64,000 nt of DNA from positions 8,432,001 through 8,496,000 of the forward strand of contig JAYWIR010000001.1 of NCBI GenBank assembly GCA_036172245.1, given 5' to 3'. The stretch's first letter is position 1. Each line of letters begins with the position of its first letter. Under the pieces are notes generated by a model. It did no database searches, was not told the origin of the DNA, and worked only from the letters and a program-made list of their open reading frames with translations. Below, piece by piece: positions 24,601 through 36,600 of this stretch. The stretch comes from Raillietiella orientalis (Eukaryota). The translations under genes were made by a program, and so were the position numbers.

Positions 24601-27600
24601 ATTCGGCGCCCCGAAACCCACGGCGACGCGAACGGTCGGTCCTCCTCACTGGCCAGCCACTCCGCCGCTTTGTCGCTGCCGCTTGCCTTTCACCAGAAGC
24701 GCCGGGGCCGGTCTGCTGCCGAGCTGGCGTCCGCCCATCCGCCCGTGCCTTTCCGACAACACGGCGTTCCGCGTCCGCATAGGAAGTCACCTTCGATACC
24801 GTCTTTGTCAAAATTCTAGACGCTTCTCCGGTTGCTAGCGAGCTAGAGAAAGAACAGAAGAAAAAAAACTCTCCTCAGGAGAGTGGTGAGAGGTGATGTT
24901 GGACTCCCAGAAGGGAAAGCAATCGCAGTGATCCAGGGGTATCGCGATGGATCTCCGTGCGTAAAGTGAACTCCATGAAGAAATGGCTCTGATGTTGAAA
25001 CCCTGCTTTTCTTTCATTTCAGGTGCAGTCTTCAACAGACAAAGAAATTGTTTTGAACAGTTCCAACCTGTTCACGTCAGGAAAGTACCGTTGCGAGGTA
25101 TCGGCCGAAGCTCCCTCTTTCAATACCGTCTCTTACGTAGCAGATGTTGAAGTAGTAGGTGAGTCTTCTGGTGGCGGCTTCACGCCGTGGTTTCGGCCAA
25201 GCCGTCGGGTCCGGCGCAGTGCCCCAGAGCTGCCCATCGATGACAGCGTTTGGAGACCAAGGAAACGACCTACTGGGAGGCCTAAGGGCGCTTTTTTTCC
25301 TTTTTCATGGGGAGACCGTTCCTACATCTCGACCGGCCGGTGTCGAAAACGGAATTCAACCTTCGTGTTCCTTGCGCGGGGCCATGGCATTCCCGCGTTT
25401 CTGAGGGCAGCTCCCGAACCCTGATGGTTCAGTCCTCGGCCAACCACCGACCCCATCCCACCTTACCCTTTGTCTGCGAGGCCCGTTTGATCTCCCCCCC
25501 TTCCCAGGGGAAAATGCGACGCGGCACACCTTCGAGAACATGGCTGGAAGTGGAAGGCGGAGTTCGATGGGTCCCTCCTGTTGCAAGCCTGCGTCTCCCT
25601 TGCCTTATGGGGCGTGCTCCTCTCAGGGAACACGAAAAAAAAACTCCAGCGCCACGACATCTATTCCAGTGGACGCCTGCGCCGTGTTAAAGGGTGCTAA
25701 CTGCTCCAGTCTTTCGATATTGAGTGAGAGCTCTTGGTATATACAAGAGCAACATCATCCATGTTGCCGTTTGCGTTTCTTTTTCTCCCTCCAAAAATGG
25801 CGGCGGGCTGGAGGGTTCTCAGGTTTCAAGAACCTTTCAGTTTGTGGTGATGTCTGGAAATACTACTGGAGAAAGCGCCCAAGAGAAGCAGTGTCGGTAA
25901 GGTCGCGGTCGACAGTCTGGCGAGCGGGCTGTTTGATAGGGAAGCCATGGATGGCCCCGGGTCTCAGGCAGTAGGAGGTCGATTCCCGGCCTTCATCCTT
26001 TGAGCAAGGCGGGAACTCGGCTGACCCAGCGCCAGCAGTTTTGGACCGCCTGGAAAGAAATCCATCGAAGCGCCTTTGAAGGGTCGTTGATGTCTCTCGT
26101 TCGACTGCCCAGGCTGCGGAAGGGGGAAGAGAGAAGGCGAAACCAGTGCACGTAAGCGGTGGCGACTGAGATGGCATCCCGCTCCGTCTTCACAAAAGGG
26201 ATGGGAGGAGATCCTTTCCTTTCGCTTCTCTTGAGCGAAAGGAAAGGATCCACCAAAAAAGCGGAGAATCTTTACTCGGAGGAACACGGAAGACGTGACC
26301 GAACCCTTTTCCTTTCCCGGTTTCCTTCGGAGAAGAAAACAAGCGGATCTCCCCGGAGGTCCCTCCGGAGAGAATGAGGAAGGAGATTCTTTTCGGGGTT
26401 CCCCTTCGGAGACAACCAGGGTGGAAGTGTGATCCCCCTCCTTTCCGGAAGGAATCCCTACCCAGGCGTGATAGGAACAGACTGAACAGAGTCCTTCCTG
26501 GATTCATGGGACAGATCCCTCTTGAGGTACCCCTATCTTGAAGAAGGTAGCGACGGTGTTCCCCCCGCGGCACGGAGAGAAGGACGAGTGCTCGTCCACA
26601 CTGGGGATAGTGGCGCTGCCGAAGCGGACGTCTCCTCCGACCCCCTCCAGCGGCAGCTGCGGGACGCAGGCCACTTCCGGAAAATCATCCTCCGTTCCCT
26701 TCCTCGCGCATCCCTTCCACGCAGAGGAGGCGCGGCCACGACGACGGTGGTGCTTCCGCGGTTTCCCGGCCGTCGCGGGACGGAACCGCCCACCTCTCCT
26801 GGAGAGAGAGGGTGCAGGAGAGAGGTCACGCGTGCCGGCGGCGCCGGTGGACCCCGAACACTTCCGGAGGAGACAACCGGCCCTCGTCCGGGACGGAAGG
26901 ACGGCCCAGGAGTTCCCACTCTGCCGCCGCCCAGCCGATTGGGTCGGAGACTGGATCCGAGGCGAAGGACGCTTTTCAAGGACGTTCGCCTCCTCCCCTG
27001 AGTCCCGCGCCACGTCTCGCTGCATCCGAAAGCGTCCCGCCGGATCTCTCATCGTTTCCAGGATCGAGGCGTCTGAGAGACTGGCTTCAAGCGCCCAGTT
27101 CCCGAGACGCAGCGCGCCGGCCGGGGAGGAGAAAGGGAGGATGGCTCAGCGAAGGGCAGGAGAGGAGAGCGCCGCGGGTGGATCGCCAGCAGCGTCCCGG
27201 TTTCACCTCTCAGTTTGCGTTTTTCCTGCTGCCTTCTTCTCCCGGCTTAGCCTTCTCGGGAGCCATGAAGGTTCCTGGAGGCACCCTGAAATGGGAAGTG
27301 GAGGGGGGACAGGTTCGGTCTTCGGACAAAGAGACTGTGGCTCTGCCCTGACGGCCGACAGCCCCGCGAGCCCCAGCGCGCCGACTCTTGAGGGTGCCAA
27401 GACGAGTGCGAAACCGATCGATGACTCACCGCTGGGCGCAGCCCTACGCCATCCGGGCGAGTCGAAGAGGGGGGGTGGACCTTTCCTTCCCTCAGCTGTC
27501 CCCGTCACCCGTGAGGCGGACCATCCTGTGGCGCCTCGACAGGAGGCGTTGGAAGAACTTTGCGCTCGGCTGCCCGCCCGTTTCCTTGCGGGGACACCGT

Positions 27601-30600
27601 CCGGTCGGGGTGGAGAAGCCCCCAGGTACTCTCGTTTTCGGGAGGCTCTCCTTCAGGAGACCAGGTTGCTCTCCTTCGGATGACGCCGGGAGCGGGTGAG
27701 CTGCGCGAGGAAGCTTGGGAGGAACCGAGAAGGCGGAGGAGGGTTTTCACCTCCTTGCAAACGGGCAGGACGCCCGCCAGAAGGGCACCTTCCCCTGCCC
27801 TCCCCGTGAACTGGCACTCGCTGGCGCTGTCCGCACGTCCTCCACCTTCCTGCAATCTCACGACGGTGCGCATCCTGCGGACGGCGTCCCGACCCTCATG
27901 CCCGGCGGATGTGACTCATCGGCGAGGAACGGGACCGAAGGAAAAGCGAATCCCGGCTTGGGTAGGCTTCCGGAGCGCCTGCACGGAGCTCCGGCCGTCA
28001 GGGAGGCGCTCCCAAGAGGGGCGGGGTAGGGAGCGAACGAAGGGGGCGTCCCTTCCTCGCTCTCGTCGCCCGCCGGGGCGGAGGCCGAGACGGGGGAGGA
28101 GCCGCGAAACGAAAACATCCCGTGCGGTTCAGCCGAGGCACGTCCGCCCAGGACTCCGAGCATCTCCCGGACTCCCCGAAAGGCTGTGCCCATAAATTCA
28201 GACGCTCAATTTGAATCCCTGCCTCCCGCTGTTGAGGACTTGAATTTCAATGATTTCTGCAAACTCCGGCGCGCCCGAAGCGACCGCCGCGCTCGGGGGC
28301 ACGCAGCTTTCCAGATATTCGCCCGCCGCCGTAATGGATGGATGCGTCCGTCTCCCCCCTTTTTCCTCCTTTTATTCTGTACCCGAAAGACAGCCGTGGC
28401 ATCGACACGGGGAAAAATGGCGTCTGCTTTTGGCTGGCGAATTCGAATCCCGCGATTTGCCCTGCTCGGGACGCGCGCGCATCTGAGCTCGCGATCCCTC
28501 GGGTCGCCAGGATGACGGCGCACAAGCACCTGGGCATCGTCAGCGCCCCCTGGATGAAGGAGGGCGAACTTGCCTTTCGGTTCCCGCGAGCGCAGGGCAA
28601 ACGTCAAAGGTGTGGTCCTGGTCCGTGTCCCCCATTTCTCTGGTCAGCGTCGGCGGTCGTGTGGTGGCGGCCTCCCAGGCCTCCCTCGTGGTGCCAGGCG
28701 TCGCACGGGTTCGAATCCCCACGCCGAGGATCGACACCAGAAGAATGGGAGTTGCGTCGTGGGTTTCCAGTTCCCCCCGCAAGATCGCGCTGGTTGTCTA
28801 TTCGGGTGAGGCGGCGCCGGTGGAAGCTGGAAGCCGGATGCCCCCGTTGAGTGGCCGGGATTGCGAGTTGGAGCCTCCCGGGTCCTTCCAGGAATCGAAG
28901 GGGACCCGTTCCCTTCGCATTCCTTCTTCTGTCGTGAAAACGGAGCCGTGTCAGGGGGCTGCTTCATATCATACCCCCCTGTGTGGTCGCCTCTCCAGAG
29001 TGTCAGAAGCGCGCTGCTCCCTTTGGAAACTGCGTCCTTCATAGAAATTGGGAAACGCCCCTTCGAGGGGCCCTTACGGAAAAGAAATTTCAGGAGCGGA
29101 TCCTTTCCGGGTTCCCTCCGGAGAAGAAACGGGGAGTGTCTCCCCCTCCAGGGGGTCCGCCGGAGAGAACGAGAGGGGAGGCAGTTCCCTCCGGAGTTGC
29201 CTCCCAAGCTCAAGAGAGGAATGGTCTCCTTCCTCCGGAGCTCTTCCTGGATTCCACAGGGTGATCCAATCCCTCCGGGGTACCTTCTGAAGAGTTGACA
29301 CGCACCCTCGCTGGGTGGTGCGTCGAAGAACTTCGTGAGTCCCCTAGGCGAACGGTTCTGGAGTGTTTGGCGAACCAGAAAAAAATATCTGGGATGAAAA
29401 CAGGGAAGCAGAAAAGGACCCAAAAGGATGTCCACCATCCGACAGTGAGGAAATCTTCTCGTGAGATTGCTGCTGGCCTTCGGAAAAAAAAAAGATAGAA
29501 AAAATAGGAAAAAAAAAATCGATTTGGTTCGACCCTGCGGGGGCGTATTCGAGATTCCCTTCGGAAACGCCACGCTCTACCTGCTAATGATCCTAGGGCA
29601 ATCATTCCTCGCAGATAATGCGTGAAAGATAGGAGATCGTGGCGTACCCTTCGTTCCCCACAGCGAGCTCTTATCTATCACGCATTTCGGGACGTCTCCC
29701 CGCCACGCCCTCTTCTATCTCTCGTTCGGGAGAAATCTCGTCTACTTCGGTAGCGATTCCGGTCTCCCGTGGAACAATCCCGTGGTTTTCCTAAGGGAAG
29801 GACTGCCATGCTCCTGCATCTTGGGGACGCCATCCCCGCCCGCGTTGGATTCTCTTTCCGCCTTCCCGCCATCGGAAGAACTGGTCACTCTTTGCGACAG
29901 CTCCAAGCGTCGCGGGCGTGGCGTGGCAGCAACACGCCCGCCCGGCTATAACCTGGGCTTTCTGCTTCCGCCCTCCTCCGGTTTTCAACATTCCCTGCTC
30001 GCGGAAGGGTCGCAGGCCGGGTCACTAACGTCCCGGTTCGAGGACATCGGTGATCCCTCTCGACCGAAATTCGGGACCTCCGCGAGAGTTCCGGTTTTCA
30101 GACCTCTCCCCCTCCCTTCGACCCCGATGCGGTTTCGCGCGGCGCGACCGTGGAGATCAATGCTGTTCCCGTTGTTTTCCTCGAAACCTCGGGCGCTCTC
30201 CAGAGCAGAGACCTACGAGGTTCTCTTTGATCAGCGTCTCCTCCTCGGTTCTCGGCGGTGAAATCAGCATCCCAAGCGACCGATGACCTCCTTAAGAGGT
30301 TCGCGTTTGCACCCACAAAAAGCCCAAGGCTCCCCTCATGGATGATCAATTCCCCCTCCTTGCTTCCCTACTTTTTCGGAGACACGCTCTCCGAAAGCAT
30401 CTAGGGGCTTTCCTTCCTTCCTTGTCAAGGATCACCCCCGGATCCGCGACACGCCACCACAGATGGCATTGTGGAAGGCAACCAGGAATGCGCTAGTAGG
30501 AATTTCTTCTCCGGAGGGAACCCGCGAGGGAACTGCTCCTGTTCACTTCCCTGAAGAGAACACCGAAGGGACGCTTCAGAAATTCAGAAGGGGCGCTGCT

Positions 30601-33600
30601 TTCCCGGATGGATCGATCGCTCTCGCTTCCTTGCACTCTCTGGAGAGGTGGCGACGCACCTGCTTAGTCAGCACGACTTGGAGGGTCTGCCCCCGGAATA
30701 GGGGGGTCCGCTCCTTCAGTATCTGGAGAGGTGCCTTAAGCACCTACCCCATCTGAACCAGAGGGGTCCCTTCGGTGTGAGGGGTCCAATCTCCGTTGCA
30801 CAACCGGAAGGGAAATTCCTCACTCCTTGATTCCTGGAAGGACCCGAAGGTCGACTCCCATTGTTCAGACCTTCATCGGGGATCTCCGGTTTTAACCGCT
30901 ACCGCTGCCGCACCCGAATGTTTGTAGGCCAACCAGCGCCATCTTGAAGGAGGAGCTCGGAACCCACGGCGCACTCGGAGTCGATTCTTGCAGAGTATTC
31001 GAACCCGCGACTCATGGTACCACGCGCTGAAGCTGTAACCACAAAGCCTCCGACGCGAGCTCGAAGCGCCGTTCTCCGCCTCATAGCCTCTGCGGAAGAA
31101 CCTTCGATAACCTTCGGGGATGGCGGGGCAGCAGGAGTCGTTCAGTCCTTTTTTTTTTTTTTTGCGGTGGTACCGCTCTTCTCCCCCTTCCCTGATTCTC
31201 CTCTCGTTCCAACAAACCCGGAATTGAGCTGGAAGTGGAGCCGTGGCGCCAAAGGTGGAGCGACGATCCTCCAGCCCCACGACTGGCCGACCATGAGGCA
31301 TCGCCCACCGTGAGCGCCACCGGGACTCGTGGCTTCGTCTCGAGCGAGGCCGAAGGTGCGAGGATCCCCCACAGGGGAAGAACGCCCTCGGGCGAGAGGG
31401 TCGCCCAGCTCCGAGGCGCCATCCTTCCCGCACGGAACGTTCCTCTCGAGGTACACCGTCGAAGACATCAGGAGCTCCGGCTGAACTTCTCCAGGGAGGC
31501 GGCTGCATGCCGGGAGACGTCCGAGATCAGCCGGATGACGGGGAGGCAGAAGGGAGAGTTGGACCGCATCACGAACGACCTGGACCGGAGGAGGAAGGGG
31601 GCGGAGAAGCTGCGCTCCAGAGCGTGCGGCAGACGGACGCCGCGAAGGGATCCGTCTTTGACAAGCAGCTGCGAGCCCCCAGGAAGGAGCTCTCGGGGCA
31701 GGAGGGGAAGCTGCGGAGATCGGAGGGGGAGTGGCAGCCGGAGGCGGGGAACCTGCACGCCACCCTGGAACCTGCAGCAGGCGCAGAACGAGAGGAACGC
31801 CAAGACGCTGAGGGAGCTGAGCCGGGAGAGAGGATCTGGTAGCATCCAAAGGCTGCTCCCGGTGGACCGATCTGTGCCTTGGGGCTTGCAGGAGGAGCGC
31901 GTCGTCGGAGCCTCGGCTGCTTCCCCCTGCGTGCAGAGAGAGGGAGACCCATACGTCCGCGTGAGCGCCTTTCCCCGAGGTCGGATGGAGACCCGAGCCG
32001 CAGAGGGATGCCGCACGCGTCCCAGGTCTCCCTCCGCGGCCGGACGTTCCTTGCTGCGCCTTCCTTCCTTGAAACATCCACCCATGGACCGCGGAAACAG
32101 AAGGGCACTCACTCCTCGGAGGGTGAAGGAACTGTAATTAGGACGCTGCGCGAAGGTTCAAGTTTCTCGCCGCAGTGGAGGCTGCGGGTCCAGTTCGCGG
32201 CGAGGGGTAAGCGGCTGCATCCACGAGAACGCGGGTGGAACTGCCCCGCGCAGCAGCACTCAGCGCGGCGAGCGGAAGAGCCGGTGCCAGCATTCGAAGG
32301 GATCGCCAGAAATCGCGCAGTACTTCCCCCCCCCCCCCACCTCCCGCGAGACATCGGTCGTCACTGCGTGCAGCGAAGGAACCAGAAGGTCAGAACACGA
32401 GGCGCCAGAGCCAACCGCGAACCCCGTGGTAGCTGGCGCGTCGCTCGCGGTATGACAGGCGGAGCGGGGCTGAGGCGAGCGCGCCATCGTCTCCCCCTCA
32501 CCCACCCTGAGAATTGGGGCGAGACCAGGGTTTTTTCCGGAGGGGTCTGTCCCGGCCACTTCTCGCTTCTTCCCCGGAAGGAGCCCGGAAATGATCCGCT
32601 CCTGGTTTCCTCCTCTGAAGAAGACCCCGAAGGGATGCTACCCAATTTCTCTGAAGGGAGCAGCACGCTTCTTATGCTCTGGAGGGACAATCCGCGAAGG
32701 GGGTATTAACCATCCCCATGTCACGACCCCCTTTTCGCAACCGGGAGGGGACCCCGAAGGGCCCTCTGATTCCTGGAAGAGAACAAGAGGGTCCACTGCC
32801 AATCCAGGCCACTCGGCGGAGATTTCCGGGTTACGCGAGTACTGCATCCGAAGCCAACCAGCGTTCATCTTGCGGGAGGAACTCGAACTCACGATGCACC
32901 CCCATTCCTCGGCCCTTACCCGTCTGGGATTCGAACCCGAGACGCTTGGTGCCACGAACGGAGGCCGCAGCCGCACGGCCACCGACGCGGGAGGGACGCA
33001 CGGGACTTGGGCTCGCTACACGGCTCCTGTCCTCTCGGGGATTTCCTCTTCTCGCAGGCTTTACCGCGGTCACCATTCGAGAGATGGAAGGAAGAAGCTC
33101 CTCCAGAAATCGCATCCACCCTCTCTCTCACCGCCAAGAACCCCTTCCGAGCCCCGGGTGCGCTTCTGAGGAATGGTACCTGGGATTTCGCGCCGCAGCT
33201 TCTCTCAGGAGCCACCGCTTCCCGAGAAGACGCGTGTGTCCTCCTCGCCCGCGTCGGAGACTCCGGGAGCGCCGACCGCTGGAGGGCAGCGGGGACCTGA
33301 GGGAGAGGGAAGCCCCCGGCTGCGCATCGGAGAGGAGACCGCGAGGATCCCTGCCTTCCCGGCAGGCGACCCGCCAGTGCGCCACTCCAGCCGCCCCCCT
33401 GTTGTTTCCGGAGCGGGGGAGCCAAGAAGAAAGCGTGGTCAAACCACCACAGGGCGAGGAGACGTCTCTCATGGGGGTTCAGGCAGGGAGGCAGCCAGGA
33501 GAGGACCAGCTCGAGTCCCGGGAGGGGAGAAAAAATCGACGCATCCTGCAAAGAGTCGGAGAGGATGGAGACCCGCGAGCCAAGTCGGGTCAGACACGGA

Positions 33601-36600
33601 GGTCTTACAACCCTGGCGACCACTCCGACGGGCGGCGCCGAAGGATCTGTCTGATATCGCTCCTCCGCTCGTCCAGGACTGGCGGAGCCCCCTGCATGGC
33701 TCTAGGACGCTTCCGGAAGGGACACCGCCCGTTCCCTGACCTCCTCCCTGCCGCGAAGCGCCAGGCCGCTGCTTCGCATGGGAGGAGGGAACTCTGGGCC
33801 GGCGCGGGGATGGAGCTCGGACCAGAGCCGTACTCGGGTCCGAGGCAGCGACAGCGCCTCCCCTCATGCTCACTCGCCGCCCGGAGGCAGCAAGACCGGG
33901 GGCGGGGAGGGAAATCCAAGCGACCCCTAGGCCACTCAGGGGTGTGCACCCCGCATTTCAGAGGACACCAAGCCCTTTTGCCTCCTTGCATGAGGTGAAG
34001 GGAGGGAGCAGACCCTTCGCCGACAGAAGGGGGAGTAAGAAGGGCCCTCCCAAGATCTCGAGCGACCCGAGCGACCGAGCGCACATCCTGCCCGCTGAGG
34101 GACCCCGGATGACCCCAGGCGAGTCTTTGGAAGGAACCAGTCCGGGGTGGCTCGGGGCAGTCGCGGGACCGGCATGCTACCCCCCCCCCCCTCCCTCACA
34201 CTTCACTTCCTCGCCGGCGCACCACCTCGCACCGGGATCCTCTATCTGCTCCCGCCTTTGCCGGTCAGCTCCAGTGCTGGCTGCGAGGAAGGACTCCCCG
34301 ATCCGCCCTCAGGCTTCCGGAGAGAAAGAAGGAGCGGTCCGAACCGCCCTTGTTCCATTTCTTCTGCGTCTCGAAAGTTTTGACCGGAGCGGGAAGGTCG
34401 CTGGTGCTCTCCTCCTCTTCCCCTCCCTTCCCCCCTCCTCCGAGATGAGACCTGCGAGCTCGCTCGAAGCATCTTTTAGGCGCTTCCACCCCCCGCCTCT
34501 TGGTGCGGGGAAGGATCAGTGATCCTCCCGCGCTTCCCGCTGTTTCGCGCGCAGCTTCCCGCAAGGCGGGTGCGGCCCTCATCATCGGGAGAGAGCCATC
34601 ATCTCGGAACAGAAGGGGGGGGGAGGGAAGAACGCTGTTGCGCGCCCGGCGAGGGCTTCTCTCCAGGCGCGCTCCCTCGGAGACACGGAGCGCTCTACCT
34701 ACCCCCTTCTCCCGGCATTCCCTCGCCTGCTTTTGTCCGGAGAACGGGAGAGGGCCGAAGGAGCCCGACCTGTCCTCCGACCGGACGATCCCGGTCCATC
34801 TCTCTGGAGGTGCCTCCTGGAAATGGCAGGAAAATTCTCTTTTGTGTGTTCGCAGAGCTCCCGGAGTCCCCGCCGGAGATCACCGGGATGAAGGAATTCT
34901 ACGAGGCTGGGGAGCTGCTGCAGGCCAACTGCACCTCGCGGGGTTCCTACCCGAACGTCTCCATCTTCTGGTACATCAACGATAGCGAGGTGAGACTGTC
35001 CTCCTCCTCCTCCCAGCAGCAGAGATAGGGGGGGAAGGAGGAATGGGAAGGAAGAAGGGGAAATGGGAAGGAAGGAATCCCAGGAATGAGCCGATTCCCC
35101 GGGATACCCTAAAAAATCTTCGTTCTCCTCCTTGAGCGGGCAGCGCCATCTCCCGCTACTCTTCGGTCCTCCAAGGCCACCCGGAGCGGAGCTCCGGACT
35201 CCAGAAGCAAGAGGGAAGTCTCTGCGTCCTCTCTGAATCCGAGAAAATCTTCGGCATCCCGAAGACGTAAGGGTCCGCGGGTCCTGAGGGAGAGGAAGGG
35301 TTGCCTGCAGGCTATTCGGTCGCAGGCAAACGATGTGGTCCCCAAGAAGCCTCGTCCGTGCATGGACACTTTCACGTGTTCCCCTCCTTCTCCGCATCTT
35401 CCTCCTCCTTCTGATCATCATCTTTCACTCTTCCTCCTCCTTTTCTTTGTGATCATCATCATCATCCAGAAAATTCCATCGCCATCTCCTTCATCTTCCT
35501 GATCATCATATTCTTCCTCCTCCTCTTCTTCTTCTTCATCTTTCCCTCCTTCTCCCTTCTCCTCCTCCTCCTTTTGTTGCTCACCATCAATCTTCGCTGT
35601 CCTTCTCATCTTCCATTCCTCCTCTTCCTTCTGCTCTTCTTCGTCTTCCTGATCAGCATCATCCTCTCGTGGAAGGGAACTGAGGGTTTCGACACAGCAG
35701 AAGAGCAGCAGCTGCAGAAGCAGCCGGAAGGAGAAGGGAAAGATGGACCCTCGTTGCAGGCTCATGGGCTCCTGGGCTTGGAGGGGAGGAGGCAGAGAAA
35801 TCGAATTGCTCTCGTGGAGACCTGATCTTTCCGCATGGCGCGGTTCTTGACTTCCGATGCCCTTCCACCCTTAACCCCTCCGTCGCCGCTCCTCCTGCTG
35901 CATCCATGGAAGGCGGGAGGGAAGAAAGAGAGAATCCGAGAAGAAAGGGGGGACCTCGGCCTCCCTCAATCCTCCCGCTCTTGTTGCTCTTCCGCAGCAC
36001 CGCAACCTCGAGTTCCCCTTGGAGAGAGGAGAAGGAAAAGCACCCTCCTCGGTAGCGCCCGCCTCCCCCCTCCCCTCGGGAAGCAGCAATCCCCAACAGC
36101 CGTCGCAGTCGCAATTGAGGAGGAAGGCGCATGCCGCGGCTCCGAGGGCGTCTTCCTGTCTGGCGACTTAATTTCAAACGGAAGGCGCCGGTGCGGATGC
36201 GGTGGACTTCTGGTAATGCGGAGGGCAGCAATGGCATCATCGCACCCCACTCCGCCACACCACGCGGCGACAAGAATGACCTTCCTCTTCCCCTCCACGA
36301 AACCGCGGGCGTCTTTCTCGCGTCACGCTGAAGCGCCTGGCGGCAGCATCGCCTCGGTTCCTGAGCCCGCGAGCTGGCAGCTCCTGAACACTGCGCGTCC
36401 CTTCCCGCCCGCAGGGGAAGACTAGGTTTGACCCGGGCGCGAACGCCCGGGCGCTCCAGATGCCGTTGTCCCGCCCTGCTCACATCTCCTCCAGCGCCCA
36501 CGCTGAGACGGGTAGACCTGGGCGAGAACGGACGCATCCGGGGGTGTCCCCCTCTGCTCCTCCGTCAGCTGTCCATTTCTTTGCAGATCGCAGACGCCCA

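Noticed and set aside
32718-33998. Long ORFs of 300-430 aa (also 16282-17328, 17488-18450, 26538-27683, 28644-29573)
   Set aside because: They are R/P/G/S-rich, overlap on both strands and run across SINE/LINE debris, as expected by chance in high-GC DNA.
35418-35765. Acidic E/D-rich ORF on the minus strand
   Set aside because: It is the translation of a trinucleotide low-complexity tract inside an intron.
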